From a virus (taxonomy: Duplodnaviria > Caudoviricetes), in the IMG/VR virus record IMGVR_UViG_3300033997_000553, positions 2,008-66,007 of that record: a stretch of DNA of 64,000 bases; one strand, given 5' to 3'. A model generated the notes under the pieces. The model did no database searches. It was not told the DNA's origin and worked only from the letters and a program-made list of their open reading frames with translations. Positions within the stretch are counted from its first letter, which is position 1. Each line of letters opens with the position of its first letter. Shown here piece after piece: positions 37,711-48,900 of the stretch. Made by a program: the position numbers and the translations under genes.

Positions 37711-39930
37711 ATGTACGGCATTCCCCGCGCCAAGCCAGCGCGCATCCCGCGCGCCGGCGGCAAGATCACCGGCCCCGGCACGGGCACTTCCGACTCGATC
37801 AAGGCCAAGGTGCCGGCCGGCAGCTACATCATGCCGGCCGACTCGACGGAACAGCTCGGCTTCGGCGCGCCCAGGGCTGGCGCCGGCAAGGTGCCGGTCA
37901 ACGTCAGCAGTGGCGAGACCGCCATCCTGCCTGAGCAGGTGCATGCCTTCGGTGTGCGTGCGCTGAATCAGCTGAAGAATGCCACGCACGCACCAACCGG
38001 CCAGCCCTCGGCGGCCGGCGGCGAGCTGTTCTTTGCTGATGGCGGCCTGGTCGAAGACCCTGAGAAGAAATGGACCCCCGAGCAGCGGGCGCAGAAGCAA
38101 GACCAGCTTGCCCGGCAGGCTCAGCAGTTGAAGCTGGCCTCTGGCTACGACGCCAGTCCCGACATTCGCAACGCCCAGGCCGCCGACGATGCGGCCATGC
38201 AGACTCAGGCAACCGCTGGCCTGCAGCCCACGGTTAAGCCAGGGTATTCGAGCTTTGCGCCGGCGCGTGACCTGCAGCGCGCCCAGGATGCGCGCATGCA
38301 GAGTAATGCCATTGCTGCGGATAAGATGGGGCAGACCGTTTCCCGTGCGGCAGATGGCGCGGTAAATGCCGCCATGACTGCCCAAACACCGCAGCCGGCC
38401 CGCCAGGCGCCGTCCGGTGCCGTGACCCGTGGCAGCAACGAGTTCGCCCCTGGCCTGAACATCATGCAGCCGGCGCGCGATGCGCAGAACACCCGCGAAA
38501 TCCGCAATGTCGAGCAGGCAGCGCAGATGGAGCAGACCGTCAGCAATGCCAGCCAGGGCGCAATCGATGACGCACTGGCCGGCAAGGCCCCTGCTGCCGG
38601 GCTGCCTGTGCGCAAGGAAGCGCCGGTGCCGGCGCAGAGCGTGGCTGATAGCTACGCTCGCGGCCTGCGCGGCGCTGGCGAGGTTGCGCTGGGTGTTGCT
38701 GGCTACCCTGGACTGGCCGTCTATGACGGCGTGCGCAATGTCGCCGGCAGCCTGGCCGGCGGCGATACCGGCCAGATCAAGCAGTACCGGGGCGAGGCGA
38801 GCAACCTGGTCAGCGGGGGCGTCGAGCAAATGTCGACCGCCTCTGCGGATCTGCGCGAGCGCTCGGCCGCCGCGACCCGCGATGCGCTCGGCATTCAGAA
38901 GGCGCCCGCAACTGCCGCGACAGCGCCGACAGGTGCCGCTGAACCGGTGGGCGCAGGCAGTCAGGCCAACGATTACGCCGGGCCTGAATCTGCACCTGCC
39001 GCCTCCTCTGTGCCCGCTACGGGCGGCGCAGGAGGCGCAGGCGACGCAGGAGGCGCGCCGGGCTGGACTAAAACCGGGATCGGTGCGGGCGCCCAGGGCG
39101 GCGAGATCGCCATGCGCCGCAACGAGCAGGGCCAGGTCGAGTTCACCAACGAGACAGCTTCGCCGGAAGCTGTGGCTGGCGCCCAGAGCATGCCGGCTGG
39201 CGGTTACGGCGTGCCGCGCCGCGGTGCTGGCGGTGAAGACCTGGCCGGTCGCGGCTCTTCCGCGAATGTCGGCAACGGCGTCGGCACCTTCAGCCAGATG
39301 GAGGCGGGCAGCAGCCAGGAAGCCCTGGCCCGCTTCGAGCGCGCCAACCAGATCCGTGACGAACAGCTGGCCGAGAGCGGCGGTTTCGGTGTCGCCGGGC
39401 TGCGCGACAGTTCGCGCATGCCGAGCACTGCCGAGCTGGTTAATAACAAGCTGGCGCGCCAGGACAAGCGCGATCAGGCCGAGACCGTGCGCACGAACCA
39501 GGATGCCCAGCTGAGCGCCAGTCGCGTGGCCACCGAGGAGCTGCAGCAGCAGAAGCTCCAGCAGGATCTGATCACCGGCCAGTACAGCCTTGAGGATCAG
39601 CAGCGCATGAGCGAGCTGCGTAGCCAGCTGTCTGATCCGAATTTGCTGCCCGAGCAGCGCGCCCAGCTGGAGGCTGCGTACTACGCGCTGAATACCTCGG
39701 CGAAGGATCGCTACATGGAAGTGCGCGGCGGCACCAATGCGGATGGCGCCAAGGACGCGTCGCGAGTGTTTGACCAGCGTACTGGGCGGTATGTCGATGA
39801 CGGCGCCGCGCCAGGGGCCGCCACAGCCTCCGGCGAAACCATCGCGCAACCCTCCAGCAAAGCCGAGTACGACGCCCTGCCGAAGGGCGCGCAGTACATG
39901 AAAGACGGCCAGATCCGCATCAAGAGCTGA
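37711..39930 (+). CDS. Putative internal/ejection protein
   Basis: A/G/Q-rich 739 aa; GPGTGTSDSI and FADGG motifs; EYDALPKGAQY tail. Confidence 0.75.
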   Translation: MYGIPRAKPARIPRAGGKITGPGTGTSDSIKAKVPAGSYIMPADSTEQLGFGAPRAGAGKVPVNVSSGETAILPEQVHAFGVRALNQLKNATHAPTGQPSAAGGELFFADGGLVEDPEKKWTPEQRAQKQDQLARQAQQLKLASGYDASPDIRNAQAADDAAMQTQATAGLQPTVKPGYSSFAPARDLQRAQDARMQSNAIAADKMGQTVSRAADGAVNAAMTAQTPQPARQAPSGAVTRGSNEFAPGLNIMQPARDAQNTREIRNVEQAAQMEQTVSNASQGAIDDALAGKAPAAGLPVRKEAPVPAQSVADSYARGLRGAGEVALGVAGYPGLAVYDGVRNVAGSLAGGDTGQIKQYRGEASNLVSGGVEQMSTASADLRERSAAATRDALGIQKAPATAATAPTGAAEPVGAGSQANDYAGPESAPAASSVPATGGAGGAGDAGGAPGWTKTGIGAGAQGGEIAMRRNEQGQVEFTNETASPEAVAGAQSMPAGGYGVPRRGAGGEDLAGRGSSANVGNGVGTFSQMEAGSSQEALARFERANQIRDEQLAESGGFGVAGLRDSSRMPSTAELVNNKLARQDKRDQAETVRTNQDAQLSASRVATEELQQQKLQQDLITGQYSLEDQQRMSELRSQLSDPNLLPEQRAQLEAAYYALNTSAKDRYMEVRGGTNADGAKDASRVFDQRTGRYVDDGAAPGAATASGETIAQPSSKAEYDALPKGAQYMKDGQIRIKS

Positions 39931-39947
39931 GACAGGACAACGACACA

Positions 39948-42900
39948 ATGACTGATACCTGGGGCGAGAACGACCTGCTGGCGACTGATCAACCGGCAAC
40001 CGACTTCGGCGCTGATGACGAGGTGGTGCAGGACGGCGCACTTAGCCGCGGCTGGAACAAAGCCAAGCAGAACATGGCGATCAGTACCGACCTGGCGCTG
40101 GGTGACACCGAAGGCGCGGCGCGCACGGTAGGCGAGGCCGCTCTCTACCGGCAGCAGAACCCGGGTATGCAGGAGGGTGCTGAGCTGATGCAGGCCTGGG
40201 ATGAAGGCGACGGCATTGTCGGCGGCGTCAAGGCGGTGGCCGGCGAGTTCAGCAAGGACTGGAACGAGGCGGACGGCTTCGCAGCCGGCGCCCGGTCGGT
40301 CGGCAAGAACCTGCAGGCCATGGGCGAGGGCGTGCTGGAGCAGATGGGCAACATGGTGGCGCCTGTTGCCGGCATGGTCACCGGCGGCGTGGTTGGCTCC
40401 AAGATCGGCGCGCCGGTCGGCGCAGCCATTGGCGCGCCGTTCGCTGGCGTCGGCGCAGCACCCGGCGCAGCCATTGGCGGCACGGTTGGCGGTGTCGCGG
40501 GGGCCTGGGCTGGCGCCTCGGCAGGTAACGCGGCCATTGAAGGCGGCGGCATGGCGCAGGAGGGATTGGCCCAGGCCGGTATCGACCCTACCGACCTTGA
40601 TGCGGTCAAGGCCTACCTGGACGAGAACCGCGGCGAGCTGCTGAAACAGGCCAGCATCAAGGGCGGCATCATCGGCGCGGTCGACACCGCGACCGTCGGC
40701 ATCGCAGGCCGCCTGCTGAACGGCCCTACGCGCGCAGCGACAGCGCGAGCCATGGCCGCTCTGGGCGTGGACGGGAGCGACAAGGCGGCAGTCAAGAGCG
40801 CCACCCAGTCGCAGGCCTTCAGGGATCTGCTGGCGCAGGACGCGGTCTTTCAGTCGTCGCGCCAGGGCGCCGAGAGGATCGCGCGCAACATGGCCGCAGC
40901 CGCCATCTACCCGGCCGGCGAGTTCGCTGGCGAGTACGTCGGCACCGGCGTCGCCACCGGCGAGTGGGACACCAAGAATGCGACCCTGGAAGCGCTCTCT
41001 TCGGTCGGTCAGTCCGCAGCGATGTATGCCGGGCAGAAGGCCTACCAGGCCGCGACCGGCGTCGGCAAGATCCAGCCCCTGGTGCAGCCCACGCCGTCGG
41101 CGGAAAACCCGAACCCGGCACCGGTTGAGCGGCCCGATCCGAGCGCCGGCCCGCTGTCTGCTGCCGCCAACCTGCTGCCCGCACCGAACGTAGACGGTGG
41201 TCCGAGCGGCAGCCAGAGCCCGGTGCAGGAGGCGGCGCGCGCGACCTTGATCAATGGCGCTCCGGAGCCGGCGCAGGCCGGCGACTACCAGCCGGCAGAC
41301 CTGCAGACGGCTGTTGCCCAGCAGATGTTCCGAACCGAGATCGACGAGAACAATCCTGGTGCGCTGCGCTTTTTCCACCGGGATGCAGACCTGCAGTCCT
41401 GGGTGGAGGTGCCTGAGCGGGAGGCGCTGGCTGCCGCCCAGGCTCATATTCAGGACGCCGAGCGGCAGGGCTTCGACCCGATGGATGGACGGGATCTTGG
41501 CCAACTGCTGCCAGAGGTAGACCAGGACCCCGGCCCTCAAGGCACGGGCATGGCGGCTGACGATTTGACGCCCTACGAGCGCAACCAGTTGCGTGCGCTC
41601 GGCGTCACGGACGAGCAGTTGGCCTCAATGACCACCAGGGAGGCCAGACAGCTTCCGCTGCCCACCGTTGACATCGATTCCGGCCCGCAAGTGGTCGAAG
41701 AGGCAGGCGAGTCGCTGCCGCTGCCAACCGTGGAGATGGACAGCGGCCCGCAGCAGGTCGAGCAGGTGCAGGCAGCGCCGATGGCTGACGACTCTGGCTA
41801 TGAGTACCGGGTGCAGAAGAACGGCCGCCCGTTCAAGGGCGAGAGCGATGTGCGTCTGCGCCAGGCCTTCAAGGAGGCTGTGGCTGCCGGCGAGCAGCCG
41901 GTGGTGGTGCAGCGTGAGGGGGGCTGGGCTGTGGCCGTGCCACGCGCGGCAGCAGGGCCCGTAGCCCCCATTGGCATCCCGGATCTGCGACAGAACAGTA
42001 GCGCTGTCGACGCCGCCGGCAATGCGGTGCCTGGCAAGATTGGCAATGTCCCGCCTGCTGATTACGTGCAGAGTGGTCGCGGCATGGACCAGCAGGCGCC
42101 AACCCGTACATTTCCCAACGTGCTGGCGGCCAAGAACGCCATTTCGAAGTCCCCCAATCCTGCCCAGCTCGAAGTGGTACCGGTTGGCCCGAAGCAATTC
42201 GAGATTCGCGCCAAGCAATCCGCAGCTCCGGGTGTAACCGATCAAGCTCCGGACGTAGCCGTAGATGCACCTGCATCGCAACCTGCTGCAGAAGCCGTTG
42301 CAGTCGCGGCGCCTGAAGCTGCGCCGGTGAAAAAGGCCGTCACGGTGAAGCCCTCGCCATCCGCTGCGGACAAGGCCGCACTTCCAGAAGTCCTCCGGCA
42401 TCCCAGGAAGCTCGCCATTGCCAAGATGATGAAGGCTTCTGGCATCAAGAAAGGCTCTCAAGGCTATGAGGCTGCGCTTGCTCGGCTTGAGCTGGAGTAC
42501 GAGCGCCAGGTAGATGACGCCCAAGCAGCGCTGCCGTTTGAGCAGTTCAACGCGCTCAACAAGGAATCGCCGGAGAGCGTGAATCGGCAGGCCTGGACAC
42601 AGCTGCGGACAGAGCGCGGTATTGAGGATGCAGCCAATCCGTTGGCTTCCGAAGAAACTTCGCCACAACAGAATATTGCTGTGGCAGCGGTTGCTAAGTC
42701 CCCCCAGCGACAGCCGCCCGCAAGCAAGGGCCGGACCGCCCCAACCATTTCCAGCACCACCCAACCGGCTGACGTTGCTGCTTCTGGGCAGGAGAAGGCT
42801 GAGTGGGTCGGTTTCACCCCCGATTCCGGCACCTTGGGTATCCCTCGGGCACAAATGCCGCAAATCAAGGCTGAGCACCGGGGGGCGATGGTCAACTTCC

Positions 42901-45900
42901 TCAACGCGCGTGATGTGGCGCATGCCGAGGAGACCATTGCAGCTAGCGAGCTGAAGCCAACCCAGGCCGAGTACTCGACCAAGAAAGTAGAGGCTGCCAA
43001 GGCATTCGATGGTGGCGAGCGCTCGATCCTGATTTCCAGTGATAGGCATGTGCTGGACGGTCACCACCAATGGCTGGCCAAGCGCGAGGCAGGTGAAGAC
43101 GTAAAAGTCATCCGCCTGGATGCCCCCATTCGCCAGCTGCTTGATACGGTTGCCGAGTTCCCCAGCGCCTCAGTCGATGCGGCCAGCGCTGGCCCTGCGA
43201 GCACTCCTCAGGCTGCAAGGGTAGAGGATGCTGGTGAGAAGCTGGGCGGTGCCCGAAAGGACGAGCTACGCAGCGTTCGCGAGCGCCTGGACAGCATGGA
43301 TGATGCTGCTATCGCCAACAGCACGCTGAGCCAGCTGTGGCCGAAGGACGAGATCACCAGGATCGAAGACCTGTTCCACGCGGCCTCGTACCAGACCGTG
43401 CGCGAGATCATTCCAGCCAAGCCTCGGGTGCCATATAAGGTGCGCGCTTGGGTCGAGAAGGTTAAAGGTGCGCGGGAAATCCTGAAGCACTTGGCTCAGC
43501 TCGGCGCCGACACGACTGTGGCCAAGATGCGCCAGTTCAGCCCCGGCTTGCGTCCGATTGCGGACAAAATCGAGCTGCTGATGGGCGTTGATCGTGCGCA
43601 GTGGGGACGCATTGGTCGCGTCAGCATGGCCAGCGGTCGCTACAGCGAAGGCGGCACGATGGTTCCCGGGTCGTGGGTTGAGGTCGAAGTCGACGGTCGG
43701 AAGAAGCACTTCTTTGGAAAGAACTCGGTCGCCGAGGCAATGGGCGATATCCGTGCGGTGATCAACCTGAACTCGGCGCCTGAGTCGCGCATGAAGTTCG
43801 CTATCTACACGGATCGACGCAGCGGCGAAGTGTTCATTGCCAAGGACGGGGATAAGGAACAACGCAGGCTCAAGACCTTTGGCAAGGTAGCCGAGGCGCG
43901 CAAGTTTGTGGCTGACAATCACGCCGACCTCGTTACCGCGTGGGACGCGGTGAAGAACCGCGACAATGTGACCAAGGCTGATATGCGGCGCGATACCAAC
44001 GAGGATCGCGCCGGCCGGGATTATCGCAATGGAGCCGATATCACCCCTGAGCAGTTCATTGAGGCCTTCGGCTTCCGTGGCGTTGAGTTCGGTAACTGGG
44101 TAGCGCAGGGCAGCGGCGGAGCTGATCGGCAGGGGATGTTGAACCAGGCCTACGATGCCTTCATGGATCTGGCTGATGTTGTTGGCGTGCCTCCGAAAGC
44201 ATTGAGCCTGGAAGGGCGCCTAGGAGTTGGCTTTGGATCGCGCGGTCGCGGGAGGGCCAGCGCCCACTTTGAGCCAGGTAATGTGGTCATCAACCTGACC
44301 AAGACCAAGGGGGCCGGCTCTCTGGCGCATGAGTGGTTCCACGCGCTGGACAATTACTTCGCTCGCCAGCGTGGGGGCGAGGTGCCGATGGAGCGCGGGT
44401 TTAACGCCCAGCAGGCCTATCGCAACAACAACTTCATCACCTACCGGCCTGAGCCGCTGTATATCCACAAGACCAAGCAGAGTAAGCCGGTGTCGCTGGA
44501 TAAGTTGCGGCGCTACCACGAACAGAACCCGACCGCCGAGTATTACAACCCAGCGAATTGGCAGGTGGACCCACGTCACCCTGCAGGGGTTCGTCCCGAA
44601 GTTGAGCGGGCATTCGCCGAGCTGGTCGAGGTGCTGGATCAGTCGCCTATGTCACGCCGCTCTGCAGCCCTGGACAAAAACCCTGATGCCTACTGGTCGC
44701 AGATCATCGAGCGCGGCGCGAGGGCGTTCGAAACCTACGTGATTGCCAAGCTCGCCGATCAGGGCTATCGCAATGACTACTTGGCCAATGTCCGCTCGCT
44801 GGAGGAATTTGCCCGTGCCGCTGATCGGTACCCTTACCTGACGCCGGACGAGCAGGGGCCGGTAAGCGAAGCATTCGACAAGCTGTTCTCGACTATCGAA
44901 GCTCGCCAGGAGCAAGACGGTCGGGTCGGGCTATATCGCCTGAATGCTGATACCCAAGCGGCCTACGAGCAGCGTATCGACGACCTGTTCGCTGGTGCCG
45001 AGCCGAACAACACCGCTGGCGTGCGCGTGCTCGACCGGAGCGACGTGCTGGATCTGCTGGGCTATGGCGATCGCGAGGTAGTCCTGGCTGAGAAGCATGC
45101 CGTCAGTGATGGCCGGTTCAATCACCCGCAGTTCACCGCGGCGGATTGGAAGAAGGTGCCAGAGTGGCTGGAGAACCCGGTAGCGGTGTTCGAGCGGGAT
45201 GACGGCAACCTGACCGTCGTTGCGCCTGAAACCAAGGGCGGGAACCCTATTCTGATTGCGATCAACCCCGGAGCAAGTCGGCCCGGGTATGCGGGCGGGA
45301 AGAAGTTGCACGTCTTACTGACGGCCTACGACAGGGATCGTGGTCGGTTCCCGGCTGAGCGCATGATCCGCGATGGCCAGTTGCGCTACATCGACACAAG
45401 AAAAAGCCCCGCATTCAACGATAGTTCAAGGCTCCGATTGCCAAGTAACGTCGTTGAGCTGCGAGGCCTAGGTAAAAAGGTATATACCGGTGCCGATCTT
45501 TTCAAGTACCGCTCAGCGAGCAGCGCCACAGACGGGCAGCGACTGAGGGTCAACCCCGGCAAGGCCAAGGGCATTCCGCTGTTCAGCGCTCGAGCGATTG
45601 CCGCCAAGATCGGCCAGGCCACCGGCCTGCGGGTCGAGCCGGTGGCTGATGAGGCCGGCTTGCCAGCCGCGGTGCGGGCGCAGATCCGGCGCGACGGTGT
45701 GAGCGGGCGGGTGGCGGGCGTCTACCATGACGGCACCTCCTACCTGATCGCCAGCAACCTGCGCGACAGCCAGCACGCCATCAGCGTGGTACTGCATGAA
45801 GCGGTGGGCCATGGCGGCGTCAAGGTGGTGCTCGGCGACAAGCTGGGCATTGCCATGCGCGGGATCTACCGCGGCATGCCGGCGGCAATGCGTACCGAAC

Positions 45901-48900
45901 TTGAGCGCCGTTACGCCGGCCAGCTGGCCGGACTGAAATCCGACAGCGAGCGAGAGGTGCTGATTGCCGAGGAATACGTCGCGCACCTGGCTGAACATGA
46001 CCCCAGCAACAGCGCGCTCGATCGCATCGTGGCGCTGGTCAAGCAGTTCATCCGCAAGCTGTTTGGCGAGCAGGCGGCCGGGAAATGGTCGCGTGCCGAC
46101 GTGGTGCAGCTGCTGGCCGAGGCCAAGCGGGCCGCTGGCAGCCAGGGGGTGAGCGACCGCGGCAGCCGTTACCGGGCCGCTGAAGCCGCCGACGCCCCGG
46201 CCGCACTGCCAGAAGTGGCGGAAGCCGACGAGGCTGAGTTTGTCGCCAGCTTGGCGGGCGACTCTGGCCACCGCGCCTTCGCCGGTGCCATCTACAAGGC
46301 TCGCGGCACCGAGTCGCCGTTCTTCCAGCGCTGGTTCGGCAAGAGCCGCATGGTCGACAAGCAGGGCCAGCCAATTGCCTTTGTGCACCGCAGCTATGGC
46401 GAGCGCGACAGCTTCAGCGATGCCGACCTGGGCAAGAACACCGGAACCCCGACCGCGGCCCTTGGCCACTACCTGGCACGCCGCGACGTGGGCAACGTGG
46501 AGCGCTACGGTCCGGTCACCGAGCAGTTCTATATCCGCATGGAGAAGCCGAAGGTCATCAGCCAGCAGCAGTTCGAGGCGATGGGCGACTGGTCGCTTGC
46601 GCAGGTTGAAGCGTATCGCAAGACCCTGATGGAGCGCGGTCATGACGGCCTGTACATCCAGGGGCTCGGCTGGGCGGTGGTATTCGAGGGCAAGAACATC
46701 AAGGCCAGGCGCAACTCTGGCACCTTCGATGAAACCGCGCGTACTCGCTACGCGGCAACAGAAAGCCTAATCGAAAAGCAGTTTGCCGATACCGAGAAGG
46801 CCATTGGTGGTCGAGCCACTTGGCAGCAGGCGAAGGATGCCGGCCGCACCAAGCTGGAGTATCGTCAGTGGGTGCAGGTGAGAACGCCTGCGTTTAAGGC
46901 ATGGTTTGGAGACTGGGAAAATGGCACTGAGCAAGGAGGAGCAGGCGTCGCTGGAAGCGCTCAAGAACGGGGCAGCCCTGGCGGAAGCACTGGATCTGCT
47001 GCCGCCACCACCACCGGAGTTTCTGGCAACGCTAAACCGCAACGCCGACCCGATAGCGGAGTACGGCGACTGGACGGACGAGGGCGAGTGGATTCCGCCG
47101 GAAGAGGCGTTGAAGCGTCTGGCAGAGAAGCAGCAGGCCAAGTAGAGCGCGACTGGCGCCTTGACCCCCAAACGGGAGAGCCTGCGGTATTTCACCACGG
47201 CACCCGCGACCACTTCACCGCGTTCGACCTGGATCACCCGAACCGCAAGGATAAGGGCTGGCTTGGGCGTGGCGTGTACCTGGCCAGCGACCGTCGCCTG
47301 GCAGATGCCTATGCCAAGCTGAAGCAGGGCTCCGGGCAGCCGCAGGTGATGGACTTGTTCGTCAATGTTCGCAACCCGGCTGTGGCCACGCTGGCGCACA
47401 AGCAAGTGCTCCGTCGCGCCTCGCAGGAGTACATCGATGCGGAAACGGCCGCTCTGATCGCTCGGGGCCACGACGGCGTGGTGATGGAGCTGCCAGACGG
47501 TACTCTGGAGCTGATGGCCTTCGATCCGGCCGACGTCAAGTCGGCGACCGATAACGCCGGGGACTTCGACCCGGCCAGCGCCGATATTCGCTACAGCCTG
47601 GCTCAGGATGCTGCCGATCTGTTCAACCGCTTCGGCCGGCGGCCGGCGGACGTGAACGACCCGTTTGCCGAGGAAAACCGTCGTCTGCGCGAGCAGGACA
47701 AAACCCTGTGGGGCAAGGCCAAGCAGCAATTCCGTCGCCAGTTCGCCCCGGGGGGCCTGCTGCCCGACTCGGTGTTTGCCGAGAAGATCGCCCGCGACAG
47801 CGAGTTTCAGGCCGTAGAGTTCGATGTGCGCCACCTGTCCGGCGGGCTGAACAAGGCCGTGAAGACTGACTACGGCGTCGACATCGACAACCTGACTGCT
47901 GAGCAGATGAAGCCGTTGGCCGAGGCGCTGACCGGCAAGGTAGACCCTGCCATCCCCGAAGCTACCCGCGTGGCTATCGTGGCCATGCGCCAATACATCG
48001 ACAGCCTTTCAGGCGAGTACCTGAGCATCCTGCAGAAGCAGGTCGAGGCGAACATGGAAGGCGCCGACCAGGCGTTGATCGACAAGATCACGGGCAACCT
48101 TGGCGCCTACGTCAACCGTTCGTACCAGGCGTTCGATGACCCGAAGTGGTTCAAGAGAGTGCCAACCGAAGTGGTCAATGCTGCCCGGACCTACCTGGCC
48201 AAGGGCTATATCGAGCAGGGCGAGACGCCGGCCGAAGCGGCGCGCCTGGCGGATGTGACCGTGAATGAAATGCTCAAGACCGGTACTGCTTATGATTCGA
48301 TGGGCGCATTCATTGCCGAGGGCAAGCTTGGCGCCAAAGACCTGACCGTGCTGATCAAGCGTAAGGAGATCGCGCCGGAGATCCGCGCGCTGCTGGGCGA
48401 GTACCTGGACCCGCGTCTGAACTTCGCTAAGTCGGCGACCAAGATGGGCCGTCTGGTGTGGAACCAGCGCTTCCTCGATCGCGTGCTGTCGTTCGGCATG
48501 GGCACCTTCCTGTTTGAAGGCAAGGACCGCCCGGCCGATGCCACGACGCAGATCGCCGGCGAGCAGTCGGAAACCTATGCGCCGTTGAATGGATTGTGGA
48601 CGTACCCGGAAGTCGCGCAAGCGTTTCAGGACGCGCTCGGCAAGGAGCAGATGAGCGACCTGTACCGCACAGTCGTTCGCCTGAACGGCATGGTGAAGTA
48701 CGGCAAGACCATCCTTTCCCCGACCACCGCCATGCGTAACTGGCAGTCGGCCATGTTCTTTTCCCTAGCCAATGGTCACTTCGACCTGACCCAGATGAAG
48801 AAGAGCTGGTCTGCTTTCCGCGAACAGGTAACCCAGAACGCCAGCGGCGACGACCTGGCGTACCTGCGTAAGCTGAAGCAGCTCGGCGTCGTTTACGACA

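Noticed and set aside
37654-41540. 795-aa and 609-aa minus-strand ORFs
   Set aside because: Shadows of the ejection and polyvalent genes; no recognisable domains
42622-42954. Second possible nested ORF in the giant gene
   Set aside because: R/P/L-rich frameshift-like composition that runs into the conserved ParB-like segment, unlike the 46921 ORF
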